Source of the DNA: a virus
Lineage: Duplodnaviria > Caudoviricetes
DNA: 29,263 nucleotides
IMG/VR virus record: IMGVR_UViG_3300027672_001220
Location: 1 to 29,263 of that record
Strand: one strand, 5' to 3'
Part shown: piece by piece, positions 16,201-23,818 of the stretch
Numbering within the stretch: position 1 is the first letter of the stretch
How the letters are laid out: every line of letters begins with the position of its first letter
The notes under the pieces: generated by a model
The model's input: only the letters and a program-made list of their open reading frames with translations
What the model was told of the DNA's origin: nothing
The model's database searches: none
Translations under genes and position numbers: made by a program

Positions 16201-17293
16201 CGGCAATCTTGCAACAGCAGAAACCTTTATAGTAGCAGCTAAAGAATACATGTATTTGCTTACATTTGCTATGTTTGAATACACTTCACTATGGGACGGC
16301 GGATCACTAAGTCCTGAATGGAACGACAATGCAAGAACACCAGCAGGAGTTCAATCAAATAACCCATTAGGTTATGCATTATTTAATACATACATTTTAC
16401 CAGTAATGTCTAAGCCAACACTTGCAACAATGAGAAACATATTCCAAGACGGTGACACAGGTAATCCAGCAGTAGCTGGTGCATCAGGATACACAGCAGA
16501 TGCAGCAATTTCACTAACTGGCAACTTTACAATTAGTTCAAATGCTGCTACACTAGATCTTAACTTATCGAAAGATATGACAACTGAAGGAAGTGAAACT
16601 TTATTACTATCATTAGATTCACCACTGAGTGCTACTGTTAGTGTTGCTGTAACTGATTCAAGTATATTGAATCCAACGTACTTAGTAACTTCAAGTGCAG
16701 CAGCAGTTAACGAAGGTGGCACTGTTACATTTACACTTACTACAACTAACGTAGCTGATGCAACTACAGTACCATATACTATTACAGGTGTTACTAGTGC
16801 AGATTTGAGTGCAGCAAGTCTAACTGGTAACTTTACAGTGGCTTCTAATACTGCTACTGTTACATTTACACTGGCAGCAGATGGAGTTACTGAAGGTGCG
16901 GAGACAATGCTATTAAGACTAGACAATACGTATGATAACCATTCAGTTACAATTAATGATACTTCAATAGGTGCTGATTATACTCTTAACGTAGGAAACA
17001 ACGGCACTGGCGCATATACACTAAGCGGTACAGATCGAAGTGGTAGTATAAGTGGTGATGATCCGGCTCTGGCATTTAATGCAGGCGATGTAGTAGACTT
17101 TGTTGTATCAGCAGCAGGACATCCGTTCTACCTTAAAACTGTAAACGGTACTGGTACTGGCAACCAAGCTAGTGGAGCAACAAACCAAGGTGCAACAAAT
17201 GCTACAATTAGATGGACAGTGCCGGCAGCAGGTGCATATCATTACAACTGTTCACTACACGCAGCAATGCATGGCGACATCACAGTAAGCTAA
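13235..17293 (+). CDS. Multidomain virion-associated subtilisin-like (S8) protease, 1352 aa, with Ig/Calx-beta-like repeats, an inserted zincin-like domain and a C-terminal cupredoxin domain
   Basis: Catalytic triad D143 (VVIMDSG), H188 (HGTHVAGT) and S445 (GTSMASP), plus the AAGN oxyanion motif. Four ~100-aa (N/S)EG repeats, an EHVFH..KEY segment, and HPFYL...YNCSLHAAM at the C-terminus. Confidence 0.88.
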   Translation: MSEREHIVSLNKGVDYEGFNADMIRDTGAGDIPNRTVSVLNARPGSARNTHYDLTDAEAEALRSDSRVYGVTLLPELDTNLHIGFDATQTGDFSKTLLDRGSFLNWGMRRCNEAENVYTGAVAAAGGYGYTLDGTGVDVVIMDSGIQADHPEFQDASGVSRVQQINWATESGLGFTQNANHYRDYDGHGTHVAGTATGKTYGWAKNAKIYSVKLNGLEGAGDSGTGISITYAFDCIKLWHNAKTVDAATGYKRPTIVNMSWGYGIGYNTVSGMVYRGSAKSGTDIDSASKRAAFGLYPANGASIGTTYASNTRVASVDVDMQELIDAGVHVMVAAGNRSHKIDVASGLDYDNTTTSNSGTIYHNRGSSPYDDQANTVGSIDTAVNAGGLEQKATYSETGPAVTIYAPGTDIMSAMSTTNKFGANTTNNPYPANSAYLINNISGTSMASPQVAGMAALNAQLNPASTPAQLKAFIESTAKSAQLYDTASVVDYDNNRSLSGSSNRFLYNKFNSNTQLTIGTPAAAVSYAAAATYSLSRSGAAFNEGQSFTITLTTANIADATNVPYTITGVTTADISGASLTGNFTIASNTASAIFTLANDALTEGAETFTITLNGVSESITVAINDTSITPTYALSGSAANVNEGSTLTVTLNTANLADATTVPYTITGVSSADIGGVSLTGNFTIASNTANAAFAITADETTEGAETMVLTLDSLGVNLSTTLNDTSLTPGATHVLTRSATTISEGQSVTFTLSTTNVADATTVPYTLSGVTSADLDNGLYTKGGLVADTSGGSLFNKSRQVHGIKLYQATNVGGATAVPDLWTDKIARVVELFTDPTGSNIVAADQKNMIKTLRGDAGTWHAGKPTAQQIAYGGGASYDPNFLSDTGKYQYPGYVDGLLDEYSVNDMVWYRNTSSGRPGIGDDDLGEALEHVFHTMHYYGVRGGVAGSTVALSWDPSTDAQWATRELYAAIAQAVAATTFNISGYNDGNLATAETFIVAAKEYMYLLTFAMFEYTSLWDGGSLSPEWNDNARTPAGVQSNNPLGYALFNTYILPVMSKPTLATMRNIFQDGDTGNPAVAGASGYTADAAISLTGNFTISSNAATLDLNLSKDMTTEGSETLLLSLDSPLSATVSVAVTDSSILNPTYLVTSSAAAVNEGGTVTFTLTTTNVADATTVPYTITGVTSADLSAASLTGNFTVASNTATVTFTLAADGVTEGAETMLLRLDNTYDNHSVTINDTSIGADYTLNVGNNGTGAYTLSGTDRSGSISGDDPALAFNAGDVVDFVVSAAGHPFYLKTVNGTGTGNQASGATNQGATNATIRWTVPAAGAYHYNCSLHAAMHGDITVS
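14828..16970 (+). repeat. Four ~100-aa Ig/Calx-beta-like repeats, the third interrupted by a ~314-aa insertion
   Basis: Repeats start near 14828, 15128, 15434 and 16676. A 32-nt exact DNA match links 15209-15240 and 16757-16788; 15481-15564 and 16723-16806 match at 77/84 nt by manual count. Confidence 0.85.
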
Positions 17294-17311
17294 TAAAAGG
17301 AAAAGAAGAAA

Positions 17312-18043
17312 ATGGCAGTACAATTAATTAATATCGGTAATGTCGCAAACGACGGAACTGGAGATGATCTTAGAGAAGCATTTATTAAAACAAATGCTAA
17401 CTTTGAAGAACTAGACTTGCGTGATGACGAACAAACAACCGTATCTAACTTGGGTGAAGTTGGCGAAGGATTATTTGCTCAAAAGTTAGTATACGATTTA
17501 CAGTTTAAGAAATTAGTTGCTGGTCAAAACGTTTTGTTGACACCATCTGATCAATCAATATCTATAGGCGTCAATGTTGGTGTTAAACAAGTAAGTGTAG
17601 TAGCAGACACAGGTGGTACGTTTTACTTGTACGATAACGCTGACATAACGTTTGCTGGTGGCAACGATATTAGTATTGATCAAACTAGCGGCACAGTAAC
17701 CGTATCATACTCGGGTGTAACTGACTTAGCTTCAGATACTACTCCGCAACTTACTGCTGACTTAGATGCACAAACTAATAATCTATTAAATGTAGGAACT
17801 ATTACTACGTCAGGAGTTACTGGACCAGTAACAGGTAATGTTACTGGTGATATATTAGGTAACGTAACAGGACTAGTAAACGGTATTGATGTGCGTACAC
17901 TGTTATCTAGTTCAGACTTTGGTGGTATTAACAGTACTGTAACTAATATACTTGAATATATTATATATAATACAGATGTCGAATGGGGAACAATTGCTGC
18001 CCCTGGTACTGTTTCACTTGACGCTGGTCCAATTGCCGTCTAA
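17312..18043 (+). CDS. Tail/baseplate-associated fibre protein, 243 aa, with gp9/gp10-like N-terminus
   Basis: MAVQLINIG..ANDGTGDDLREAFIKTNANF; D.TPQL..DLD module; GNVTG repeats. Confidence 0.75.
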   Translation: MAVQLINIGNVANDGTGDDLREAFIKTNANFEELDLRDDEQTTVSNLGEVGEGLFAQKLVYDLQFKKLVAGQNVLLTPSDQSISIGVNVGVKQVSVVADTGGTFYLYDNADITFAGGNDISIDQTSGTVTVSYSGVTDLASDTTPQLTADLDAQTNNLLNVGTITTSGVTGPVTGNVTGDILGNVTGLVNGIDVRTLLSSSDFGGINSTVTNILEYIIYNTDVEWGTIAAPGTVSLDAGPIAV

Positions 18044-18051
18044 GTCAATTC

Positions 18052-18060
18052 CGATAAATA
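18052..18060 (+). promoter_or_regulatory. Late promoter box CGATAAATA
   Basis: Intergenic, 23 nt upstream of ATG 18084 and followed by an AAGGA SD. Confidence 0.7.
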
Positions 18061-18083
18061 CTTAGTATTAAGGAAACTATCGA

Positions 18084-21000
18084 ATGTCACAATTATGGAC
18101 CGTTACAACCGGAACTAGGCTACAAACACTTATTGAGCGATCCTCAGTAGATATAACATTACCGCTCACTGCTGGTGTTGTTGCTACTATAGAACTTATA
18201 AGTGGCAGTATCCCCACAGGTACAAGATTAGAAAATAATAAAATAGTTGGTACTGTATACGAAGTAGCATACGATACAACATTTAACTCTGTATTTAGAG
18301 CAACTACAGATACAGGATTTCAAGACGTTACTATCGAGTTTGTTGTACAAGGTCCTGATGCTCCTAATTGGGCAACTAATACAGGCTTACTAGGAGTAGG
18401 TTCAAACAATAGTTTGTTCATCTTAGATAGCGAAATTATCGATTATCAATTAGTAGCAACTGACACAGATATAAGCACAGGGCAACAGCTTATATATTTT
18501 ATTGCAGACGGTGACGGTACGCTTCCGCCTGGTGTTGTAATGTCAGACTCGGGCAAACTAACAGGAACAACTGAACCACTACTTAGTTTAGATAAACGAA
18601 GCGCAGGCGGTCAATACGATGCAACTCCATACGGCGAAGTAATGGATTATGCTGTACTAAGTTCTAATGGTTACGGCAGCTTTTATTATGACACAGTTGA
18701 CTTTGATTATAGCGAAGCGACTGCAAACGTAAGAAAACTTAATAGATATTATCCTTTTGCTGTAACTGTAACAGACGGTGAAACTTATACAAGACGAGAA
18801 TTTAAAATATATGTTGTTGGCGATGATTATTTAAAAGCAGACAACACAGACATGCAAGCCGGTACAGGTGTATTCACTGCTGATACAACTAACGTAAGAA
18901 CTCCAGTATGGATAACTCCAAGGGCATTAGGTTACAAACGAGCTAACAACTATACAACAATATATTTAGAAATTGTAGATAACTGGACACTAGAAGGCGC
19001 AGTAGTTTATACACTTGAAGATGTTAATGATGATCTTACACCCAGTGAGTTGCCGCCAGGTATGTCACTAGATAGTCAAAATGGCGAAGTTATAGGACTT
19101 ATTCCTTATCAGCCAGCTATCACACAGAATTATAAATTTACAGTAAAAGCAACACGAATTACTACTGACTTAGAAACTGTATCAATCTTTGCAAACTTCT
19201 ATGAAGATGTATTGTTAGGAAACTACAGTTTTAAAATTAATAAAATTAACTTAACTGGTAACTTAGACGGTACTAACGACTTATTTGATTTAGTTGGAAG
19301 AAAGATATTACTAGGCAAAAATCAGTATACTGTTACTAACGTTGATGACAGAAATACACTGTATGATATTATATTTGTGCTAGAACCATTAACACCTAAT
19401 ATTAACTTGATGTTAAGTCAAACATCTCTAGTAGGGTCGGATCATATATTTGTATCTAGATTACCTGAGTCATCAAAATCAAAGTATGCTAGTAGAGTAT
19501 TAAAGTTTACAGAAACTGAGTCATATACCATTAGTACATTTACACCGTACATTGAATGGCAAGTTACTCAAACAACTGGCAACGATCCGTTTTTACCGAG
19601 TGGCGCGCCGAGAACAATTGAATTAAACGGAAATTATTACGTAGGTGATTTTATTATTAATACTGCTTCAACTGGCGGCGATGACAGAGTATACAAATGT
19701 ACAACAGCACATACAGTAGTATCAGCAGGCACAGTAGTTAATGGAATTACGCAGCTAGTATTTACAGCTAGTAACTGGCAAGAAATTGCTGAAACACTCG
19801 AAGGCCTTAGCGTAAATGATAGAGTACTTGCTACAAAACAAGCACTAGAGGCAGCATATCCAGGCACTGTATACATTACAGTGGTAGATGACTTAAATTG
19901 GAGAATAAGACTTCCAAGTACTGCTCTTACTAGAATTAAATCAAGTATACAGAACTTTTTCTCTGGTCCTGATAGCAGCGATGTTAATGCAACATTAATA
20001 CGCGACAATGAAGATAAAGTAGTACTAAGTACTAATTTAACTGCACAGAAACTTACAGGAACAAACATAGGTATTGCACTATTTAAAAAGGACTATTTCT
20101 TTAAAAATATTATTACTACATCAAATGATGCAGTTGACATACCTAGTACACTAAAAACATTTGAAGTAATTATCATTGGAGAGATTGATAGTGAAATTAA
20201 ATGGATAACGCCTTCTGCATTAGGTAGTATTAATGCTAACTTTACAAGTAATTTTAAAATAGTTGCGGAATCAACCGTACTTGACACTGCAATGATTTAT
20301 AGTATAAAATCAGGCAGCTTGCCATTTGGAATGATGTTAAACTACGATGGTGAAATTATTGGCGCTGCAAAACAAGTTGGTACTGCTGCCGAGCCTGGCT
20401 TAACAGTTTTTGAAGATAAAGTAGTTACATGGGACGGTTCACTTCCAGGAGATACTACGTTTGACAGAAGTTATAAGTTTACAGTTGATGCAAGAGATAG
20501 ATTTGGATATACTGCAATAGAACGTGAGTTTACATTAAAAGTTGCAGATCTAGATAATAAACAATATACTGACATATATATGCGTCCAATGCTTGCTCCT
20601 ACACAGCGTACATATTATACAAACTTTGTAAGTAATCCAGAAGTGTTTACACCTAGTAAAATATATCGACCTAGCGATCCAGTATTCGGAATACAAACAA
20701 ATTTAGATATGTTAGTATATGCAGGCGTTGAAGCAAAATCAACAGCAGCATTTACAGCAGCAGCAACTACAGGACACAAACGTAAGAAATACATTTTAGG
20801 TGAAATTAAGAGTGCTGTTGCTAAAGAAAGCGCAAAAACTGATGCAATATACGAAGTAATATATATTGAGGTTACGGATCCTGCAAATTCTAAAACTGGC
20901 ACTAAGACTGCTTCTAGTTTTATAACTGACAATAAAGAAAAAATAACTGTAGATAGTATACAATATGCAGTATTAGATGATGGTAATAGATTTAGAGCAG

Positions 21001-21572
21001 GTTATGACGAACTAGTAATTGGCACTAGAGCAACTGCTAGGTTTATCTTTAGCGACAATGCTGAAATATTAATCGACACTAGAGCAGGTACAGACATAGA
21101 ACTAAATGTGGATAATGCAGACTTTGAAGTAACTGTAAAAGCAGGCACTTCAGTGAAAGTATTATTACAAAAAGGCGACTCGGAACCATACCGTTTTAGA
21201 CCCAAAACTAATACTATCAAAGCAGATAGTCAAGCAGTTAATGTTAGTCAATCAACTGACTCTAAAAAGTATATATCTAGTATAGATAATATGCGGGCTG
21301 CAATTAAAACAATTGGCGATGAAGAACGTCAATATTTACCGCTTTGGATGAGAACAGCGCAAACAGGCTTTGAAGAATTAGATTATGTTACTGCAATTCC
21401 TATTTGCTACTGCAAGCCAGGTGAAAGTGCAACTATAATGAATAACATTAAAAACTATGGATTTGATCCAAAGACAATTAACTACGATATAGACAGATAT
21501 GTCGTTAAAAGAACTGAAAACTCCGATGTTGAGAAATTTGTACTGTTCGCAAATTACCAATTCAATGTATGA
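18084..21572 (+). CDS. Large baseplate/virion structural protein, 1162 aa, with putative Ig (He_PIG-like) domains
   Basis: Four (L/I)P.G-type motifs (GSIPTG, LPPGVVMSDSGKLTG, LPPGMSLDSQNGEVIG, LPFGMMLNYDGEIIG), Y.FTV.A strands and a C-terminal LPLWMRT.Q....CYCKPG; preceded by a late promoter box. Confidence 0.7.
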   Translation: MSQLWTVTTGTRLQTLIERSSVDITLPLTAGVVATIELISGSIPTGTRLENNKIVGTVYEVAYDTTFNSVFRATTDTGFQDVTIEFVVQGPDAPNWATNTGLLGVGSNNSLFILDSEIIDYQLVATDTDISTGQQLIYFIADGDGTLPPGVVMSDSGKLTGTTEPLLSLDKRSAGGQYDATPYGEVMDYAVLSSNGYGSFYYDTVDFDYSEATANVRKLNRYYPFAVTVTDGETYTRREFKIYVVGDDYLKADNTDMQAGTGVFTADTTNVRTPVWITPRALGYKRANNYTTIYLEIVDNWTLEGAVVYTLEDVNDDLTPSELPPGMSLDSQNGEVIGLIPYQPAITQNYKFTVKATRITTDLETVSIFANFYEDVLLGNYSFKINKINLTGNLDGTNDLFDLVGRKILLGKNQYTVTNVDDRNTLYDIIFVLEPLTPNINLMLSQTSLVGSDHIFVSRLPESSKSKYASRVLKFTETESYTISTFTPYIEWQVTQTTGNDPFLPSGAPRTIELNGNYYVGDFIINTASTGGDDRVYKCTTAHTVVSAGTVVNGITQLVFTASNWQEIAETLEGLSVNDRVLATKQALEAAYPGTVYITVVDDLNWRIRLPSTALTRIKSSIQNFFSGPDSSDVNATLIRDNEDKVVLSTNLTAQKLTGTNIGIALFKKDYFFKNIITTSNDAVDIPSTLKTFEVIIIGEIDSEIKWITPSALGSINANFTSNFKIVAESTVLDTAMIYSIKSGSLPFGMMLNYDGEIIGAAKQVGTAAEPGLTVFEDKVVTWDGSLPGDTTFDRSYKFTVDARDRFGYTAIEREFTLKVADLDNKQYTDIYMRPMLAPTQRTYYTNFVSNPEVFTPSKIYRPSDPVFGIQTNLDMLVYAGVEAKSTAAFTAAATTGHKRKKYILGEIKSAVAKESAKTDAIYEVIYIEVTDPANSKTGTKTASSFITDNKEKITVDSIQYAVLDDGNRFRAGYDELVIGTRATARFIFSDNAEILIDTRAGTDIELNVDNADFEVTVKAGTSVKVLLQKGDSEPYRFRPKTNTIKADSQAVNVSQSTDSKKYISSIDNMRAAIKTIGDEERQYLPLWMRTAQTGFEELDYVTAIPICYCKPGESATIMNNIKNYGFDPKTINYDIDRYVVKRTENSDVEKFVLFANYQFNV

Positions 21573-21575
21573 CAT

Positions 21576-21584
21576 CGATAAATA
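21576..21584 (+). promoter_or_regulatory. Late promoter box CGATAAATA
   Basis: Intergenic, 21 nt upstream of ATG 21606 and followed by a GAGGA SD. Confidence 0.7.
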
Positions 21585-21605
21585 TATTAAAGAGGAATTA
21601 ACAAC

Positions 21606-22178
21606 ATGCCCAGCAATATTATAAGCGGAACAATCGACGGAACATATCCAGTAGCAGGTGTTGACAACAACACTCAAGGGTTCCGAGACAACTTTACAAT
21701 CATTAAAACAGGATTAGCTACTGCTAGTAGTGAAGTTACAGCATTACAAAGCACAACAGCTAAGTTAAATGCAAGCAACGACTTTAACGGTACTGACATT
21801 ACAGATGCTAACTTTTCATTAAACACTGAAAAATACCACAACATTGGTACAGTAGTTGCTGGACAGAACATTAGCTTTCTAAATGGAAATTATCAAAGTA
21901 TGGCGGTCAACTTGGGTGTTGGCGTAAGTACTGTTGCTTTTTCTTTAGCAGATTGGCCAGCAAGAGACCATGTTGCTAAAATGACAGTACAGCTTAAAGG
22001 CAACGATACTGCAAAAACTGTAACATTTACAGTTGCAGGTGGTGGAACAATTAAATACAGTGCAGATTTTCCAGCTACTCTAACTTTAGACAGCAGCGTA
22101 AATCCTATACTTATTGACTTTTGGACATATAACCAAGGCACTACAGTATATGCAGAGTACAGAGGTCAGTACACTTAA
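21606..22178 (+). CDS. Probable virion structural protein, 190 aa
   Basis: N-terminal YPVAG.DN..QGFRDNF followed by a coiled segment and a beta-rich C-terminus; late promoter and SD upstream. Confidence 0.65.
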   Translation: MPSNIISGTIDGTYPVAGVDNNTQGFRDNFTIIKTGLATASSEVTALQSTTAKLNASNDFNGTDITDANFSLNTEKYHNIGTVVAGQNISFLNGNYQSMAVNLGVGVSTVAFSLADWPARDHVAKMTVQLKGNDTAKTVTFTVAGGGTIKYSADFPATLTLDSSVNPILIDFWTYNQGTTVYAEYRGQYT

Positions 22179-22417
22179 TGCTAAATCCTTTAATTGATAG
22201 TTTAGCACACTTTACATTAAACGAGCTGGAGGGGAAAATCCATGACCTCCAGCGTAAATACTTTATGACAAGTAATCAGCAAGTGCAATTACAAATGTCA
22301 ACCATCCTAGAAATATACAAAGAAGAACTCTACACAAGACGCGCAATTGAGAACCAACGCTTAAAAGATCAAGATAATGGCGGATCAGGACTTGACAAAC
22401 TCATCAAAGTAAGTTAA
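22178..22417 (+). CDS. Hypothetical coiled-coil protein, 79 aa
   Basis: TAATG overlap with the upstream gene; helical heptad-like pattern. Confidence 0.75.
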   Translation: MLNPLIDSLAHFTLNELEGKIHDLQRKYFMTSNQQVQLQMSTILEIYKEELYTRRAIENQRLKDQDNGGSGLDKLIKVS

Positions 22418-22420
22418 ACT
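22392..22420 (+). promoter_or_regulatory. Sigma70-type promoter TTGACA-17 bp-TAAACT
   Basis: TTGACA at 22392-22397 and TAAACT at 22415-22420. ATG 22427 lies 6 nt downstream with no SD. Confidence 0.65.
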
Positions 22421-22426
22421 AGTAGT

Positions 22427-22948
22427 ATGTTAATGAAAACAGACTCTCTTGGAATACCACGATTCAGTAACCACAGCCTTATTGATATGATCTATAGTGG
22501 TCATGTTGATAAGTGTCATGTTGTGTTATGTGAACCTAGTGACGATGTAGACCTTTTTAATAAGGCTATGGAAGAACAAGGTATGCCTACACTTACAAAA
22601 TATATTCCCTTAGATGTAGAACAGAAAGACTTTGACACAGCGTTACAGTCTGAATGGTTCATGCCTGATGAATATAAAGAACTAGATGTAGTACGTTTTT
22701 TAAACAATAGAGAACTTACTTACGAACAAAGAGATCGTCTTCGAGAAGAACTACAAGCATTTACTGAACGCGGCATGATACCACTGTTACGTTATATGTG
22801 CTATCTTGTAGACTTTATGCGTGAGAATAACATTGTATGGGGTGTAGGTAGAGGATCAAGTGTGGCATCGTATGTGCTATACTTAATAGGAGTACACAGA
22901 ATAGATTCAATCCAGTATGACCTGGACTGGACCGAGTTCCTGAGATAA
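22427..22948 (+). CDS. dnaE: DNA polymerase III alpha (DnaE, family C) fragment, 173 aa; one piece of a split polymerase
   Basis: R..EEL......G....L.....LVD..R...I.WGVGRGSSVAS.V.YL.G...ID...Y.L....FL is the DnaE palm N-terminal segment. The ORF stops before the PDID.D catalytic motif. Confidence 0.85.
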   Translation: MLMKTDSLGIPRFSNHSLIDMIYSGHVDKCHVVLCEPSDDVDLFNKAMEEQGMPTLTKYIPLDVEQKDFDTALQSEWFMPDEYKELDVVRFLNNRELTYEQRDRLREELQAFTERGMIPLLRYMCYLVDFMRENNIVWGVGRGSSVASYVLYLIGVHRIDSIQYDLDWTEFLR

Positions 22949-22951
22949 GTA
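22944..22951 (+). promoter_or_regulatory. Variant late promoter box GATAAGTA
   Basis: One mismatch to GATAAATA, 25 nt upstream of ATG 22977, with an AAGGAG SD in between. Confidence 0.5.
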
Positions 22952-22976
22952 ATACTATAACTAAAAGGAGACAAAT

Positions 22977-23405
22977 ATGTCAAAAGGTAACCCAGCAAAG
23001 AAACAGCATCGCAGTATGCGAGGCAAGAACGTAGATATGGATCTTCTACGTAAACGCAACGAACTAACTCCAGCAGTAGGCAATGCTCGTGTAAATGCAC
23101 GTGGCGACGAACTAGGTCCTGGTGGACAGATTGTTAAGAAGCGTGAAGACGTTGTAGCAGAGCATTACGCAGTGGCAGGCACAGCAGCAGAAAGTTCAGG
23201 TAGAGCTACACAGCCTGTAGTAGATGCTCCAGTTGGTTATGTAGAACCTACATCAGGTGCTGCTAAGAAGACTACAGTGCGTACTAAAAAAGAAGAAGTA
23301 GTAATTAAAGAGCCAGTAACAGCAGCAGAGCAAGAAATGCTCGACGAAGCTGATGATCAATGGGTTGAAGACGACAGCGGAAACTTTGTACAAAAAGGTA
23401 TTTAA
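22977..23405 (+). CDS. Hypothetical phage protein, 142 aa
   Basis: Strong AAGGAG SD. The N-half (G..VDM..L...NE..PAVGN..VNARGDELG.GG.I) looks conserved; the C-half is acidic and low-complexity. Confidence 0.8.
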   Translation: MSKGNPAKKQHRSMRGKNVDMDLLRKRNELTPAVGNARVNARGDELGPGGQIVKKREDVVAEHYAVAGTAAESSGRATQPVVDAPVGYVEPTSGAAKKTTVRTKKEEVVIKEPVTAAEQEMLDEADDQWVEDDSGNFVQKGI

Positions 23406-23407
23406 CA

Positions 23408-23809
23408 TTGGCTTCTAATTTAACTACGGTCAAAGGCAATATCCGTCCGATTAAAAATAGAGTGCTTGTAACTGACATGCACTTTGGTGAACAAACTACT
23501 TCAGGCGGGATTATTCTTGGAGATGACGATGGTAAAGCACATGGCATCTATCCGCGCTGGGCTAAAGTATACGACAAAGGTCCATCAAATGTAGACGAAT
23601 ACAATGTTGGCGATTGGATTATGGTCGAACACGGGCGTTGGACGCGCGGAATTAGCGTAGACACTAACGGCAACAAAATAGAAGTTAGAATGGTCGAAAC
23701 AGAAAGTGTAATAGCTTACTCGGACAAAAAGCCAGACGGCGCATCAATTGGTGGAGAGTTTGGCGATGGCGAGCATATGACTATTGATCCATCATCATTT
23801 ATTAAATAA
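23408..23809 (+). CDS. groES: Co-chaperonin GroES-like (Cpn10) protein, 133 aa
   Basis: IRPIKNRVLV, mobile-loop EQTTSGGIIL and VGD..M motifs; TTG start. Confidence 0.85.
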   Translation: MASNLTTVKGNIRPIKNRVLVTDMHFGEQTTSGGIILGDDDGKAHGIYPRWAKVYDKGPSNVDEYNVGDWIMVEHGRWTRGISVDTNGNKIEVRMVETESVIAYSDKKPDGASIGGEFGDGEHMTIDPSSFIK

Positions 23810-23818
23810 AGGTAACAC

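Noticed and set aside
14828-16970. DNA repeats considered as a CRISPR array or a diversity-generating retroelement template/variable pair
   Set aside because: They are in-frame coding domain repeats with no spacer structure, mismatches are not confined to adenines, and no reverse transcriptase or cas gene is in the window.
1435-22141. Many minus-strand ORFs of 60-279 aa (e.g. 14812..15651, 11367..11960, 16372..16926)
   Set aside because: They are antisense shadows of the long Ala/Thr/Gly/Val-rich + strand genes, with mirrored low-complexity composition and no recognisable motifs.
22900-23000. Frameshift, stop-codon recoding or intron continuing dnaE
   Set aside because: The stop is TAA, followed by a promoter-like box, a strong SD and an unrelated ORF. 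No PDID-like motif appears in the downstream ORFs, and other genes read normally in the standard code.
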